The notes below the pieces were generated by a model. The model did no database searches. It had not been told where the DNA came from and saw only the letters and a list, made by a program, of their open reading frames with translations. DNA of 64,000 bases from Eledone cirrhosa (lineage: Eukaryota), in NCBI GenBank assembly GCA_964016885.1, contig OZ024743.1, positions 50,406,001 through 50,470,000 of the forward strand. The letters run 5' to 3'. Shown here piece by piece: positions 16,401-32,500 of this stretch. A program made the translations under genes and the position numbers. Within the stretch, counting starts at the first letter, position 1. Each line of letters opens with the position of its first letter.

Positions 16401-19139
16401 ATTGAACTATTGAACCATTGAACTATTGAACCATTGAAGTATTGAACCATTGAACCATTGAACCACTGAACAATTGAACTATTGAACCATTGAACCATTG
16501 AACCATTGAACTATTGAACCATTGAACTATTGAACGATTGAAGTATTGAACCATTGAACTATTGAAGTATTGAACCATTGAAATATTGAACCATTGAACT
16601 ATTGAACCATTGAAGTATTGAACCATTGAACCATTGAACTATTGAACCATTGAACTATTGAACCATTGAACCATTGAACGATTGAAGTATTGAACCATTG
16701 AAGTATTGAACCATTGAACCATTGAACTATTGAACAATTGAACCATTGAACTATTGAACCATTGAACCATTGAACTATTGAACCATTGAACTATTGAACT
16801 ATTGAACTATTGAACCATTGAACTATTGAACCATTGAACCATTGAACGATTGAAGTATTGAACCATTGAACCATTGAACTATTGAACCATTGAACCATTG
16901 AACGATTGAAGTATTGAACCATTGAACCATTGAACTATTGAACCATTGAACTATTGAACCATTGAACCATTGAACTATTGAACCATTGAACCATTGAACT
17001 ATTGAACCATTGAACTATTGACCTATTGAACTATTGAACCATTGAACTATTGAACTATTGAAACATTGAACGATTGAAGTATTGAACCATTGAACTATTG
17101 AAGTATTGAACTATTGAACCATTGAAGTATTGAACCATTGAACTATTGAACCATTGAACCATTGAACTATTGAACCAATGAACCATTGAACTATTGAACC
17201 ATTGAACCATTGAACCATTGAACTATTGAACTATTGAACCATTGAACTATTGAACTATTGAACCATTGAACCATTAAACGATTAAAGTATTGAACCATTG
17301 AACTATTGAAGTATTGAACTATTGAACCATTGAACTATTGAACCATTGAACCATTGAACTATTAAACCATTGAACTATTGAACCTTTGAACCATTGAACT
17401 ATTAAACCATTGAACCATTGAACGATTGAAGTATTGAACCATTGAACTATTGAAGTATTGAACCATTGAACCATTGAACCATTGAACCATTGAACTATTG
17501 AACCATTGAACTATTGAACCATTGAACCATTGAACTATTGAACCATTGAACCATTGAACTATTGAACCATTGAACCATTGAACCATTGAACTATTGAACT
17601 ATTGAACCATTGAACCACTGAACTATTGAAGTATTGAACCATTGAACCATTGAACAACTGAAGTATTGAACCATTTAACTATTGAACTATTGAAAGATTG
17701 AACCATTGAACCATTGAACTATTGAAGTATTGAACCATTGAACTATTGAACCATTGAACTATTGAACTATTGAAATATTGAACCATTGAACCATTGAACT
17801 ATTGAATCATTGAACCATTGAACTATTGAACCATTGAACTATTGAACCATTGAACCATTGAACTATTGAACCATTGAACTATTGAACCATTGAACCATTG
17901 AACCATTGAAGTATTGAACCATTGAACTATTGAACCATTGAACCATTGAACTATTGAACCATTGAACAATTAAACCATTGAACTATTGAACCATTGAACC
18001 ATTGAACAATTGAACCATTGAAGTATTGAACCATTGAACTATTGAACCATTGAACCATTGAACTATTGAACTATTGAAATATTGAACCATTGAACTATTG
18101 AACTATTGAACCATTGAACTATTGAACTATTGAACCATTGAACCATTGAACTATTGAACCATTGAACCATTGAACTATTGAACCATTGAACTATTGAACC
18201 TTTGAACCATTGAACTATTGAACCATTGAACTATTGAATCATTGAACCATTGAACTATTGAACCATTGAACCATTGAACTATTGAACCATTGAACCATTG
18301 AACCATTGAACTATTGAACGATTGAAGTATTGAACCATTGAACTATTGAAGTATTGAACCATTGAACTATTGAACCATTGAAGTATTGAACCATTGAACT
18401 ATTGAACCATTGAACCATTGAACTATTGAACCATTGAACCATTGAACCATTGAACCATTGAACTATTGAACCATTGAACCATTGAACGATTGAAGTATTG
18501 AACTATTGAACCATTGAACCATTGAACCATTGAACTATTGAACGATTGAAGTATTGAACCATTGAACTATTGAAGTATTGAACCATTGAACTATTGAACC
18601 ATTGAACTATTGAACCATTGAAGTATTGAACCATTGAACCATTGAACCACTGAACTATTGAAGTATTGAACCATTGAACTATTGAAGTATTGAACTATTG
18701 AACTATTGAACTATTGAACCATTGAACCATTGAACCATTGAACTATTGAACCATTGAACCATTGAACTATTGAACTATTGAACCATTGAACTATTGAACC
18801 TTTGAACCATTGAACTATTGAAATATTGAACGATTAAACCATTTAAACATTGAACCATTGAACTATTGAACCATTGAACCATTGAACTATTGAACCATTG
18901 AACCATTGAACTATTGAACCATTGAACCATTGAACCATTTAACTATTGAACGATTGAAGTATTGAACCATTGAACTATTGAAGTATTGAACCATTGAACT
19001 ATTGAACCATTGAACTATTGGACCATTGAAGTATTGAACCATTGAACCATTGAACCACTGAACTATTGAAGTATTGAACCATTGAACTATTGAAGTATTG
19101 AACTATTGAACTATTGAACTATTGAACCATTGAACCATT

Positions 19140-19540
19140 GAACCATTGAACTATTGAACCATTGAACTATTGAAGTATTGAACCATTGAACCATTGAACC
19201 ACTGAAGTATAGAACCATTGAACTATTGAACTATTGAAAGATTGAACCATTGAACCATTGAACTATTGAAGTATTGAACCATTGAACTATTGAACCATTG
19301 AACTATTGAACAATTGAACTATTGAACCATTGAACCATTGAACTATTGAAGTATTGAACCATTGAACCATTGAACCACTGAAGTATAGAACCATTGAACT
19401 ATTGAACTATTGAAAGATTGAACCATTGAACCATTGAACTATTGAAGTATTGAACCATTGAACTATTGAACCATTGAACTATTGAACAATTGAACTATTG
19501 AACCATTGAACCATTGAACTATTGAAGTATTGAACCATTG
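19140..19540 (+). repeat. 176-bp (22-monomer) tandem duplication marked by ACTGAAGTATAGAACC
   Basis: The marker occurs at 19201/19377, and the same pair recurs at 33994/34170 and 62860/63036. Confidence 0.85.
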
Positions 19541-22500
19541 AACCATTGAAGTATTGAACCATTGAACCATTGAACCACTGAACTATTGAAGTATTGAACC
19601 ATTGAACTATTGAAGTATTGAACCATTGAACCATTGAACCATTGAACTATTGAACCATTGAACTACTGAACTATTGAAACATTGAATCACTGAACTATTG
19701 AAGTATTGAACCATTGAACTATTGAAGTATTGAACCATTGAACCATTGAACTACTGAAGTATTGAACCATTGAACTATTGATCTATTGAAAGATTGAACC
19801 ATTGAACCATTGAACTATTGAAGTATTGAACCATTGAACTATTGAACCATTGAACTATTGAACCATTGAACTATTGAACCATTGAACCATTGAACTATTG
19901 AACCATTGAACTATTGAACTATTGAAGTATTGAACCATTGAACTATTGAACAATTGAACTATTGAACCATTGAACTATTGAACTATTGAACCATTGAACT
20001 ATTGAACCATTGAACCATTGAACTATTGAACCAGTGAACTATTGAACCATTGAACCATTGAACGATTGAAGTATTGAACCATTGAACTATTGAACCATTG
20101 AACCATTGAACTATTGAACCATTGAACCATTGAACGATTGAAGTATTGAACCATTGAACCATTGAACTATTGAACCATTGAACTATTGAACCATTGAACC
20201 ATTGAACTATTGAACCATTGAACCATTGAACTATTGAACCATTGAACCATGGAACTATTGAACCATTGAACCATTGAAGGATTGAAGTATTGAACCATTG
20301 AACCATTGAACTATTGAACCATTGAACCATTGAACTATTGAACCATTGAACCATTGAACGATTGAAGTATTGAACCATTGAACTATTGAACCATTGAAGT
20401 ATTGAACCATTGAACTATTGAACCATTGAACCATTGAACTATTGAACCATTGAACTATTGAACCTTTGAACCATTGAACTATTGAACCATTCAACTATTG
20501 AACGATTGAACCATTGAACGATTGAACCATTGAACTATTGAACCATTGAACCATTGAACCATTGAACCATTGAACCATTGAAGTATTGAACCATTGAACT
20601 ATTGATGTATTGAACCATTGAACCATTGAACCATTGAACCATTGAACTATTGAACCATTGAACTATTGAACCATTGAACTATTGAACCATTGAACCATTG
20701 AACTATTGAACCATTGAACTATTGAACCTTTGAACCATTGAACTATTGAACCATTCAACTATTGAACGATTGAACCATTGAACGATTGAACCATTGAACT
20801 ATTGAACCATTGAACCATTGAACAATTGAAGTATTGAACCATTGAACTATTGAACCATTGAACCATTGAACTATTGAACCATTGAATCATTAAACCATTG
20901 AACTATTGAACTATTGAAATATTGAACCATTGAACTATTGAACTATTGAACCATTGAACTATTGAACTATTGAACTATTGAACTATTGAACCATTGAACA
21001 ATTGAACTATTGAACCATTGAACTATTGAACCATTGAACCATTGAACTATTGAACCATTGAACCATTGAACGATTGAAGTATTGAACCATTGAACCATTG
21101 AACTATTGAACCATTGAACTATTGAACCATTGAACCATTGAACTATTGAACCATTGAACCATTGAACTATTGAACCATTGAACCATTGAACTATTGAACC
21201 ATTGAACCATTGAACTATTGAACCATTGAACTATTGAACATTTGAACCATTGAACTATTGAACCATTGAACTATTGAACCATTGAACCATTGAACGATTG
21301 AAGTATTGAACTATTGAAGTATCTAACCATTGAACCATTGAACCATTGAACCATTGAACTATTGAACCATTGAACTATTGAACCATTGAACCATTGAACT
21401 ATTGAACCATTGAACCATTGAACTATTGAACCATTGAACCATTGAACCATTGAAATATTGAACGATTGAAGTATTGAACCATTGAACTATTGAAGTATTG
21501 AACAATTGAACTATTGAACCATTGAAGTATTGAACCATTGAACTATTGAACCATTGAACCATTGAACTATTGAACCATTGAACCATGGAACTATTGAACC
21601 ATTGAACCATTGAAGGATTGAAGTATTGAACCATTGAACTATTGAACCATTGAAGTATTGAACCATTGAACTATTGAACCATTGAACCATTGAACTATTG
21701 AACCATTGAACTATTGAACCTTTGAACCATTGAACTATTGAACTATTGAACCATTGAACTATTGAACCTTTGAACCATTGAACTATTGAACCATTGAACC
21801 ATTGAACGATTGAAGTATTGAACCATTGAACTATTGAACCATTGAAGTATTGAACCATTGAACTATTGAACCATTGAACCATTGAACTATTGAACCATTG
21901 AACTATTGAACCTTTGAACCATTGAACTATTGAACCATTCAACTATTGAACGATTGAACCATTGAACGATTGAACTATTGAACTATTGAACCATTGAACC
22001 ATTGAACAATTGAAGTATTGAACCATTGAACTATTGATGTATTGAACCATTGAACCATTGAACCATTGAACCCTTGAACTATTGAACCATTGAACTATTG
22101 AACCATTGAACCATTGAACTATTGAACCATTGAACCATTGAACTATTGAACCATTGAACCATTGAACCATTGAACTATTGAACGATTGAAGTATTGAACC
22201 ATTGAACTATTTAAGTATTGAACCATTGAACCATTGAACCACTGAAGTATTGAACCATTGAACCATTGAACTATTGAACCATTGAACTATTGAACCATTG
22301 AACCATTGAACTATTGAACCATTGAACCATTGAACTATTGAACCATTGAACCATGGAACTATTGAACCATTGAACCATTGAAGGATTGAAGTATTGAACC
22401 ATTGAACCATTGAACTATTGAACCTTTGAACCATTGAACTATTGAACCATTGAACCATTGAACGATTGAAGTATTGAACCATTGAACTATTGAACCATTG

Positions 22501-23199
22501 AAGTATTGAACCATTGAACTATTGAACCATTGAACCATTGAACTATTGAACCATTGAACTATTGAACCTTTGAACCATTGAACTATTGAACCATTCAACT
22601 ATTGAACGATTGAACCATTGAACGATTGAACCATTGAACTATTGAACCATTGAACCATTGAACCATTGAACCATTGAACGATTGAAGTATTGAACCATTG
22701 AACTATTGATGTATTGAACCATTGAACCATTGAACCATTGAACCATTGAACTATTGAACCATTGAACTATTGAACCATTGAACCATTGAACTATTGAACC
22801 ATTGAACCATTGAACTATTGAACCATTGAACCATTGAACCATTGAACTATTGAACGATTGAAGTATTGAACCATTGAACTATTGAAGTATTGAACCATTG
22901 AACTATTGAACAATTGAAGTATTGAACCATTGAACTATTGAAGTATTGAACCATAGAACTATTGAACGATTGAAGTATTGAACCATCGAACTATTGAAGT
23001 ACTGAACCATTGAACCATTGAACCATTGAAATATTGAACCATTGAAGTATTGAACCATTGAACCATTGAACCACTGACCTATTGAAGTATTGAACCATTG
23101 AACTATTGAAGTATTGAACTATTGAACTATTGAACTATTGAACCATTGAACCATTGAACCATTGAACTATTGAACCATTGAACTATTGAACTATTGAAC

Positions 23200-26100
23200 C
23201 ATTGAACCACTGAAGTATTGAACCATTGAACTATTGAACTATTGAAAGATTGAACCATTGAACCATTGAACTATTGAAGTATTGAACCATTGAACTATTG
23301 AAACATTAAACTATTGAACTATTGAAATATGGAACCATTGAACCATTGAACTATTGAACCATTGAACTATTGAACCTTTGAACCATTGAACGATTGAAGT
23401 ATTGAACCATTGAAACATTGAACTATTGAACTATTGAACTATTGAAGTATTGAACCATTGAACTATTGAACCATTGAACTATTGAACCATTGAACTATTG
23501 AACCATTGAACTATTGAACCATTGAACCATTGAACTATTGAACCATTGAACTATTGAACCATTGAACCATTGAACAATTGAAGTATTGAACCATTGAACT
23601 ATTGAACCATTGAACCATTGAACTATTGAACCATTGAATCATTAAACCATTGAACTATTGAACTATTGAAATATTGAACCATTGAACTATTGAACTATTG
23701 AACCATTGAACTATTGAACTATTGAACTATTGAACTATTGAACCATTGAACAATTGAACTATTGAACCATTGAACTATTGAACCATTGAACCATTGAACT
23801 ATTGAACCATTGAACCATTGAACGATTGAAGTATTGAACCATTGAACCATTGAACTATTGAACCATTGAACTATTGAACCATTGAACCATTGAACTATTG
23901 AACCATTGAACCATTGAACTATTGAACCATTGAACCATTGAACTATTGAACCATTGAACCATTGAACTATTGAACCATTGAACTATTGAACATTTGAACC
24001 ATTGAACTATTGAACCATTGAACTATTGAACCATTGAACCATTGAACGATTGAAGTATTGAACTATTGAAGTATCTAACCATTGAACCATTGAACCTTTG
24101 AACCATTGAACTATTGAACCATTGAACTATTGAACCATTGAACCATTGAACTATTGAACCATTGAACCATTGAACTATTGAACCGTTGAACCATTGAACC
24201 ATTGAACTATTGAACGATTGAAGTATTGAACCATTGAACTATTGAAGTATTGAACAATTGAACTATTGAACCATTGAAGTATTGAACCATTGAACTATTG
24301 AACCATTGAACCATTGAACTATTGAACCATTGAACCATGGAACTATTGAACCATTGAACCATTGAAGGATTGAAGTATTGAACCATTGAACCATTGAACT
24401 ATTGAACCATTGAACTATTGAACCTTTGAACCATTGAACTATTGAACCATTGAACCATTGAACGATTGAAGTATTGAACCATTGAACTATTGAACCATTG
24501 AAGTATTGAACCATTGAACTATTGAACCATTGAACCATTGAACTATTGAACCATTGAACTATTGAACCTTTGAACCATTGAACTATTGAACCATTCAACT
24601 ATTGAACGATTGAACCATTGAACGATTGAACTATTGAACTATTGAACCATTGAACCATTGAACAATTGAAGTATTGAACCATTGAACTATTGATGTATTG
24701 AACCATTGAACCATTGAACCATTGAACCCTTGAACTATTGAACCATTGAACTATTGAACCATTGAACCATTGAACTATTGAACCATTGAACCATTGAACT
24801 ATTGAACCATTGAACCATTGAACCATTGAACTATTGAACGATTGAAGTATTGAACCATTGAACTATTTAAGTATTGAACCATTGAACCATTGAACCACTG
24901 AAGTATTGAACCATTGAACTATTGAACTATTGAAAGATTGAACCATTGAACCATTGAACTATTGAAGTATTGAACCATTGAACTATTGAAACATTAAACT
25001 ATTGAACTATTGAAATATGGAACCATTGAACCATTGAACTATTGAACCATTGAACTATTGAACCTTTGAACCATTGAACGATTGAAGTATTGAACCATTG
25101 AAACATTGAACTATTGAACTATTGAACTATTGAAGTATTGAACCATTGAACTATTGAACCATTGAACTATTGAACCATTGAACTATTGAACCATTGAACT
25201 ATTGAACCATTGAACCATTGAAATATTGAACCATTGAACTATTGAACCATTGAACCATTGAACAATTGAAGTATTGAACCATTGAACTATTGAACCATTG
25301 AACCATTGAACTATTGAACCATTGAATCATTAAACCATTGAACTATTGAACTATTGAAATATTGAACCATTGAACTATTGAACTATTGAACCATTGAACT
25401 ATTGAACTATTGAACTATTGAACTATTGAACCATTGAACAATTGAACTATTGAACCATTGAACTATTGAACCATTGAACCATTGAACTATTGAACCATTG
25501 AACCATTGAACGATTGAAGTATTGAACCATTGAACCATTGAACTATTGAACCATTGAACTATTGAACCATTGAACCATTGAACTATTGAACCATTGAACC
25601 ATTGAACTATTGAACCATTGAACCATTGAACTATTGAACCATTGAACCATAGAACTATTGAACCATTGAACTATTGAACATTTGAACCATTGAACTATTG
25701 AACCATTGAACTATTGAACCATTGAACCATTGAACGATTGAAGTATTGAACTATTGAAGTATCTAACCATTGAACCATTGAACCATTGAACCATTGAACT
25801 ATTGAACCATTGAACTATTGAACCATTGAACCATTGAACTATTGAACCATTGAACCATTGAACTATTGAACCATTGAACCATTGAACCATTGAACTATTG
25901 AACGATTGAAGTATTGAACCATTGAACTATTGAAGTATTGAACAATTGAACTATTGAACCATTGAAGTATTGAACCATTGAACTATTGAACCATTGAACC
26001 ATTGAACTATTGAACCATTGAACCATGGAACTATTGAACCATTGAACCATTGAAGGATTGAAGTATTGAACCATTGAACCATTGAACTATTGAACCATTG

Positions 26101-26570
26101 AACTATTGAACCTTTGAACCATTGAACTATTGAACCATTGAACCATTGAACGATTGAAGTATTGAACCATTGAACTATTGAACCATTGAAGTATTGAACC
26201 ATTGAACTATTGAACCATTGAACCATTGAACTATTGAACCATTGAACTATTGAACCTTTGAACCATTGAACTATTGAACCATTCAACTATTGAACGATTG
26301 AACCATTGAACGATTGAACTATTGAACTATTGAACCATTGAACCATTGAACAATTGAAGTATTGAACCATTGAACTATTGATGTATTGAACCATTGAACC
26401 ATTGAACCATTGAACCCTTGAACTATTGAACCATTGAACTATTGAACCATTGAACCATTGAACTATTGAACCATTGAACCATTGAACCATTGAACTATTG
26501 AACCATTGAACCATTGAACCATTGAACTATTGAACGATTGAAGTATTGAACCATTGAACTATTGAAGTAT
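23200..26570 (+). repeat. Tandem duplication, period 1,688 bp (211 monomers)
   Basis: ATCTAACC at 24073/25761 and ORF pairs 24263/25951 and 24599/26287. It is inherited in the 14.8-kb copy (38770/40458), where a later 24-bp loss gives an offset of 1,664. Confidence 0.82.
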
Positions 26571-29500
26571 TGAACCATTGAACTATTGAACGATTGAAGT
26601 ATTGAACCATTGAACTATTGAAGTATTGAACCATTGAACTATTGAACGATTGAAGTATTGAACCATCGAACTATTGATGTACTGAACCATTGAACCATTG
26701 AACCATTGAACTATTGAACCATTGAAGTATTGAACCATTGAACCATTGAACCACTGACCTATTGAAGTATTGAACCATTGAACTATTGAAGTATTGAACT
26801 ATTGAACTATTGAACTATTGAACCATTGAACCATTGAACCATTGAACTATTGAACCATTGAACTATTGAACTATTGAACCATTGAACCACTGAACTATTG
26901 AAGTATTGAACCATTGAACTATTTAAGTATTGAACCATTGAACCATTGAACCACTGAAGTATTGAACCATTGAACTATTGAACTATTGAAAGATTGAACC
27001 ATTGAACCATTGAACTATTGAAGTATTGAACCATTGAACTATTGAAACATTAAACTATTGAACTATTGAAATATTGAACCATTGAACCATTGAACTATTG
27101 AACCATTGAACTATTGAACCTTTGAACCATTGAACGATTGAAGTATTGAACCATTGAACCATTCAACTATTGAACTATTGAACTATTGAAGTATTGAACG
27201 ATTGAACTATTGAATCATTGAACTATTGAACCATTGAACCATTGAACTATTGAACCATTGAACTATTGTACCATTGAACCATTGAACGATTGAAGTATTG
27301 AACCATTGAACTATTGAACCATTGAACCATTGAACTATTGTACCATTGAATCATTAAACCATTGAACTATTGAACTATTGAAATATTGAACCATTGAACT
27401 ATTGAACTATTGAACCATTGAACTATTGAACTATTGAACTATTGAACTATTGAACCATTGAAGAATTGAACTATTGAACCATTGAACTATTGAACCATTG
27501 AACCATTGAACTATTGAACCATTGAACCATTGAACGATTGAAGTATTGAACCATTGAACCATTGAACTATTGAACCATTGAACTATTGAACCATTGAACC
27601 ATTGAACTATTGAACCATTGAACCATTGAACTATTGAACCATTGAACCATTAAACTATTGAACCATTGAACCATTGAACTATTGAACCATTGAACTATTG
27701 AACCTTTGAACCATTGAACTATTGAACCATTGAACTATTGAACCATTGAACCATTGAACGATTGAAGTATTGAACTATTGAAGTATCTAACCATTGAACC
27801 ATTGAACCATTGAACCATTGAACTATTGAAACCATTGAACTATTAAACCATTGAACGATTGAACTATTGAACCATTGAACCATTGAACTATTGAACCATT
27901 GAACCATTGAACCATTGAACTATTGAACGATTGAAGTATTGAACCATCGAACTATTGAAGTACTGAACCATTGAACCATTGAACCATTGAACCATTGAAA
28001 TATTGAACCATTGAAGTATTGAACCATTGAACCATTGAACCACTGACCTATTGAAGTATTGAACCATTGAACTATTGAAGTATTGAACTATTGAACTATT
28101 GAACTATTGAACCATTGAACCATTGAACCATTGAACTATTGAACCATTGAACTATTGAACTATTGAACCATTGAACCACTGAAGTATTGAAGTATTGAAC
28201 CATTGAACTATTTAAGTATTGAACCATTGAACCATTGAACCACTGAAGTATTGAACCATTGAACTATTGAACTATTGAAAGATTGAACCATTGAACCATT
28301 GAACTATTGAAGTATTGAACCATTGAACTATTGAAACATTAAACTATTGAACTATTGAAATATGGAACCATTGAACCATTGAACTATTGAACCATTGAAC
28401 TATTGAACCTTTGAACCATTGAACGATTGAAGTATTGAACCATTGAAACATTGAACTATTGAACTATTGAACTATTGAAGTATTGAACCATTGAACTATT
28501 GAACCATTGAACTATTGAACCATTGAACTATTGAACCATTGAACTATTGAACCATTGAACCATTGAACTATTGAACCATTGAACTATTGAACCATTGAAC
28601 CATTGAACAATTGAAGTATTGAACCATTGAACTATTGAACCATTGAACCATTGAACTATTGAACCATTGAATCATTAAACCATTGAACTATTGAACTATT
28701 GAAATATTGAACCATTGAACTATTGAACTATTGAACCATTGAACTATTGAACTATTGAACTATTGAACTATTGAACCATTGAACAATTGAACTATTGAAC
28801 CATTGAACTATTGAACCATTGAACCATTGAACCATTGAACAATTGAACTATTGAACCATTGAACCACTGAACTATTGAAGTATTGAACCATTGAACTATT
28901 GAAGTATTGAACCATTGAACCATTGAACCACTGAAGTATTGAACCATTTAACTATTGAACTATTGAAAGATTGAACCATTGAACCATTGAACTATTGAAG
29001 TATTGAACCATTGAACTATTGAACCATTGAACTATTGAACTATTGAAATATTGAACCATTGAACCATTGAACTATTGAACCATTGAACCATTGAACTATT
29101 GAACCATTTAACTATTGAACTATTGAAGTATTGAACCATTGAACTATTGAACCATTGAACTATTGAACCATTGAACTATTGAACCATTGAACTATTGAAC
29201 CATTGAACCATTGAACTATTGAACCATTGAACTATTGAACCATTGAACCATTGAACCATTGAAGTATTGAACCATTGAACTATTGAACCATTGAACCATT
29301 GAACTATTGAACCATTGAACAATTAAACCATTGAACTATTGAACCATTGAACCATTGAACTATTGAACCATTGAACTATTGAACCATTGAACCATTGAAC
29401 CATTGAAGTATTGAACCATTGAACTATTGAACCATTGAACCATTGAACTATTGAACTATTGAAATATTGAACCATTGAACTATTGAACTATTGAACCATT

Positions 29501-32500
29501 GAACTATTGAACTATTGAAACATTGAACCATTGAACTATTGAACCATTGAACCATTGAACTATTGAACCATTGAACTATTGAACCTTTGAACCATTGAAC
29601 TATTGAACCATTGAACTATTGAACCATTGAACCATTGAACTATTGAACCATTGAACCATTGAACTATTGAACCATTGAACCATTGAACCATTGAACTATT
29701 GAACGATTGAAGTATTGAACCATTGAACTATTGAAGTATTGAACCATTGAACTATTGAACCATTGAAGTATTGAACCATTGAACTATTGAACAATTGAAC
29801 CATTGAACTATTGAACCATTGAACCATTGACCCATTGAACCATTGAACTATTGAACCATTGAACCATTGAACGATTGAAGTATTGAACTATTGAACCATT
29901 GAACCATTGAACCATTGAACTATTGAACGATTGAAGTATTGAACCATTGAACTATTGAAGTATTGAACCATTGAACTATTGAACCATTGAACTATTGAAC
30001 CATTGAAGTATTGAACCATTGAACCATTGAACCACTGAACTATTGAAGTATTGAACCATTGAACTATTGAAGTATTGAACTATTGAACTATTGAACTATT
30101 GAACCATTGAACCATTGAACCATTGAACTATTGAAACATTGAACCATTGAACTATTGAACTATTGAACCATTGAACTATTGAACCTTTGAACCATTGAAC
30201 TATTGAAATATTGAACCATTGAACCATTTAAACATTGAACCATTGAACTATTGAACCATTGAACCATTGAACTATTGAACCATTGAACCATTGAACTATT
30301 GAACCATTGAACCATTGAACTATTGAACCATTGAACTATTGAACTATTGAACTATTGAACCATTGAACTATTGAACCATTGAACTATTGAACCATTGAAC
30401 CATTGAACTATTGAACCATTGAACTATTAAACCATTGAACCATTGAACTATTGAACCATTGAACCATTAAACCATTGAACTATTGAACCATTGAATCATT
30501 AAACCATTGAACTATTGAACTATTGAAATATTGAACCATTGAACTATTGAACTATTGAACCATTGAACTATTGAACTATTGAACTATTAAACTATTGAAC
30601 CATTGAACAATCGAACTATTGAACCATTGAACTATTGAACCATTGAACCATTGAACTATTGAACCATTGAACCATTGAACGATTGAAGTATTGAACCATT
30701 GAACCACTGAACTATTGAACCATTGAACTATTGAACCATTGAACTATTGAACCATTGAACCATTGAACTATTTAACCATTGAACCATTGAACCATTGAAC
30801 CATTGAAGTATTGAACCATTGAACTATTGAACCATTGAACCATTGAACTATTGAACCATTGAACAATTAAACCATTGAACTATTGAACCATTGAACCATT
30901 GAACTATTGAACCATTGAAGTATTGAACCATTGAACCATTGAACCATTGAAGTATTGAACCATTGAACTATTGAACCATTGAACCATTGAACTATTGAAC
31001 TATTGAAATATTGAACCATTGAACTATTGAACTATTGAACCATTGAACTTTTGAACTATTGAACCATTGAACCATTGAACTATTGAACCATTGAACCATT
31101 GAACTATTGAACCATTGAACTATTGAACCTTTGAACCCTTGAACTATTGAACCATTGAACTATTGAACCATTGAACCATTGAACTATTGAACCATTGAAC
31201 CATTGAACTATTGAACCATTGAACCATTGAACCATTGAACTATTGAACGATTGAAGTATTGAACCATTGAACTATTGAAGTATTGAACCATTGAACTATT
31301 GAACCATTGAAGTATTGAACCATTGAACTATTGAACCATTGAACCATTGAACTATTGAACCATTGAACCATTGAACCATTGAACCATTGAACTATTGAAC
31401 CATTGAACCATTGAACGATTGAAGTATTGAACTATTGAACCATTGAACCATTGAACCATTGAACCATTGAACGATTGAAGTATTGAACCATTGAAGTATT
31501 GAACCATTGAACCATTGAACTATTGAACAATTGAACCATTGAACTATTGAACCATTGAACCATTGAACTATTGAACCATTGAACTATTGAACTATTGAAC
31601 TATTGAACCATTGAACTATTGAACCATTGAACCATTGAACGATTGAAGTATTGAACCATTGAACCATTGAACTATTGAACCATTGAACCATTGAACGATT
31701 GAAGTATTGAACCATTGAACCATTGAACTATTGAACCATTGAACTATTGAACCATTGAACCATTGAACTATTGAACCATTGAACCATTGAACTATTGAAC
31801 CATTGAACTATTGACCTATTGAACTATTGAACCATTGAACTATTGAACTATTGAAACATTGAACGATTGAAGTATTGAACCATTGAACTATTGAAGTATT
31901 GAACTATTGAACCATTGAAGTATTGAACCATTGAACTATTGAACCATTGAACCATTGAACTATTGAACCAATGAACCATTGAACTATTGAACCATTGAAC
32001 CATTGAACCATTGAACTATTGAACTATTGAACCATTGAACTATTGAACTATTGAACCATTGAACCATTAAACGATTAAAGTATTGAACCATTGAACTATT
32101 GAAGTATTGAACTATTGAACCATTGAACTATTGAACCATTGAACCATTGAACTATTAAACCATTGAACTATTGAACCTTTGAACCATTGAACTATTAAAC
32201 CATTGAACCATTGAACGATTGAAGTATTGAACCATTGAACTATTGAAGTATTGAACCATTGAACCATTGAACCATTGAACCATTGAACTATTGAACCATT
32301 GAACTATTGAACCATTGAACCATTGAACTATTGAACCATTGAACCATTGAACTATTGAACCATTGAACCATTGAACCATTGAACTATTGAACTATTGAAC
32401 CATTGAACCACTGAACTATTGAAGTATTGAACCATTGAACCATTGAACAACTGAAGTATTGAACCATTTAACTATTGAACTATTGAAAGATTGAACCATT

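Larger units (their letters stand above)
1..30456 (+). repeat. Higher-order super-unit, expanded copy (~30.5-30.8 kb)
   Basis: GAATCATTAAACC in the same context occurs at 37, 30493 and 49007. CTTTGAACCCTTGAAC occurs at 361, 31129 and 49651. The landmark order from the window start therefore restarts at ~30.5 kb and ~49 kb. The left boundary is arbitrary (window edge). Confidence 0.75.

Noticed and set aside
20483-20503. Inverted repeat TTGAA-CCA-TTCAA created by the rare ATTCAACT variant (possible hairpin or terminator)
   Set aside because: It is only a 5-bp AT-rich stem produced by one G>C substitution, too weak to be a terminator or cruciform, and it recurs only through duplication.
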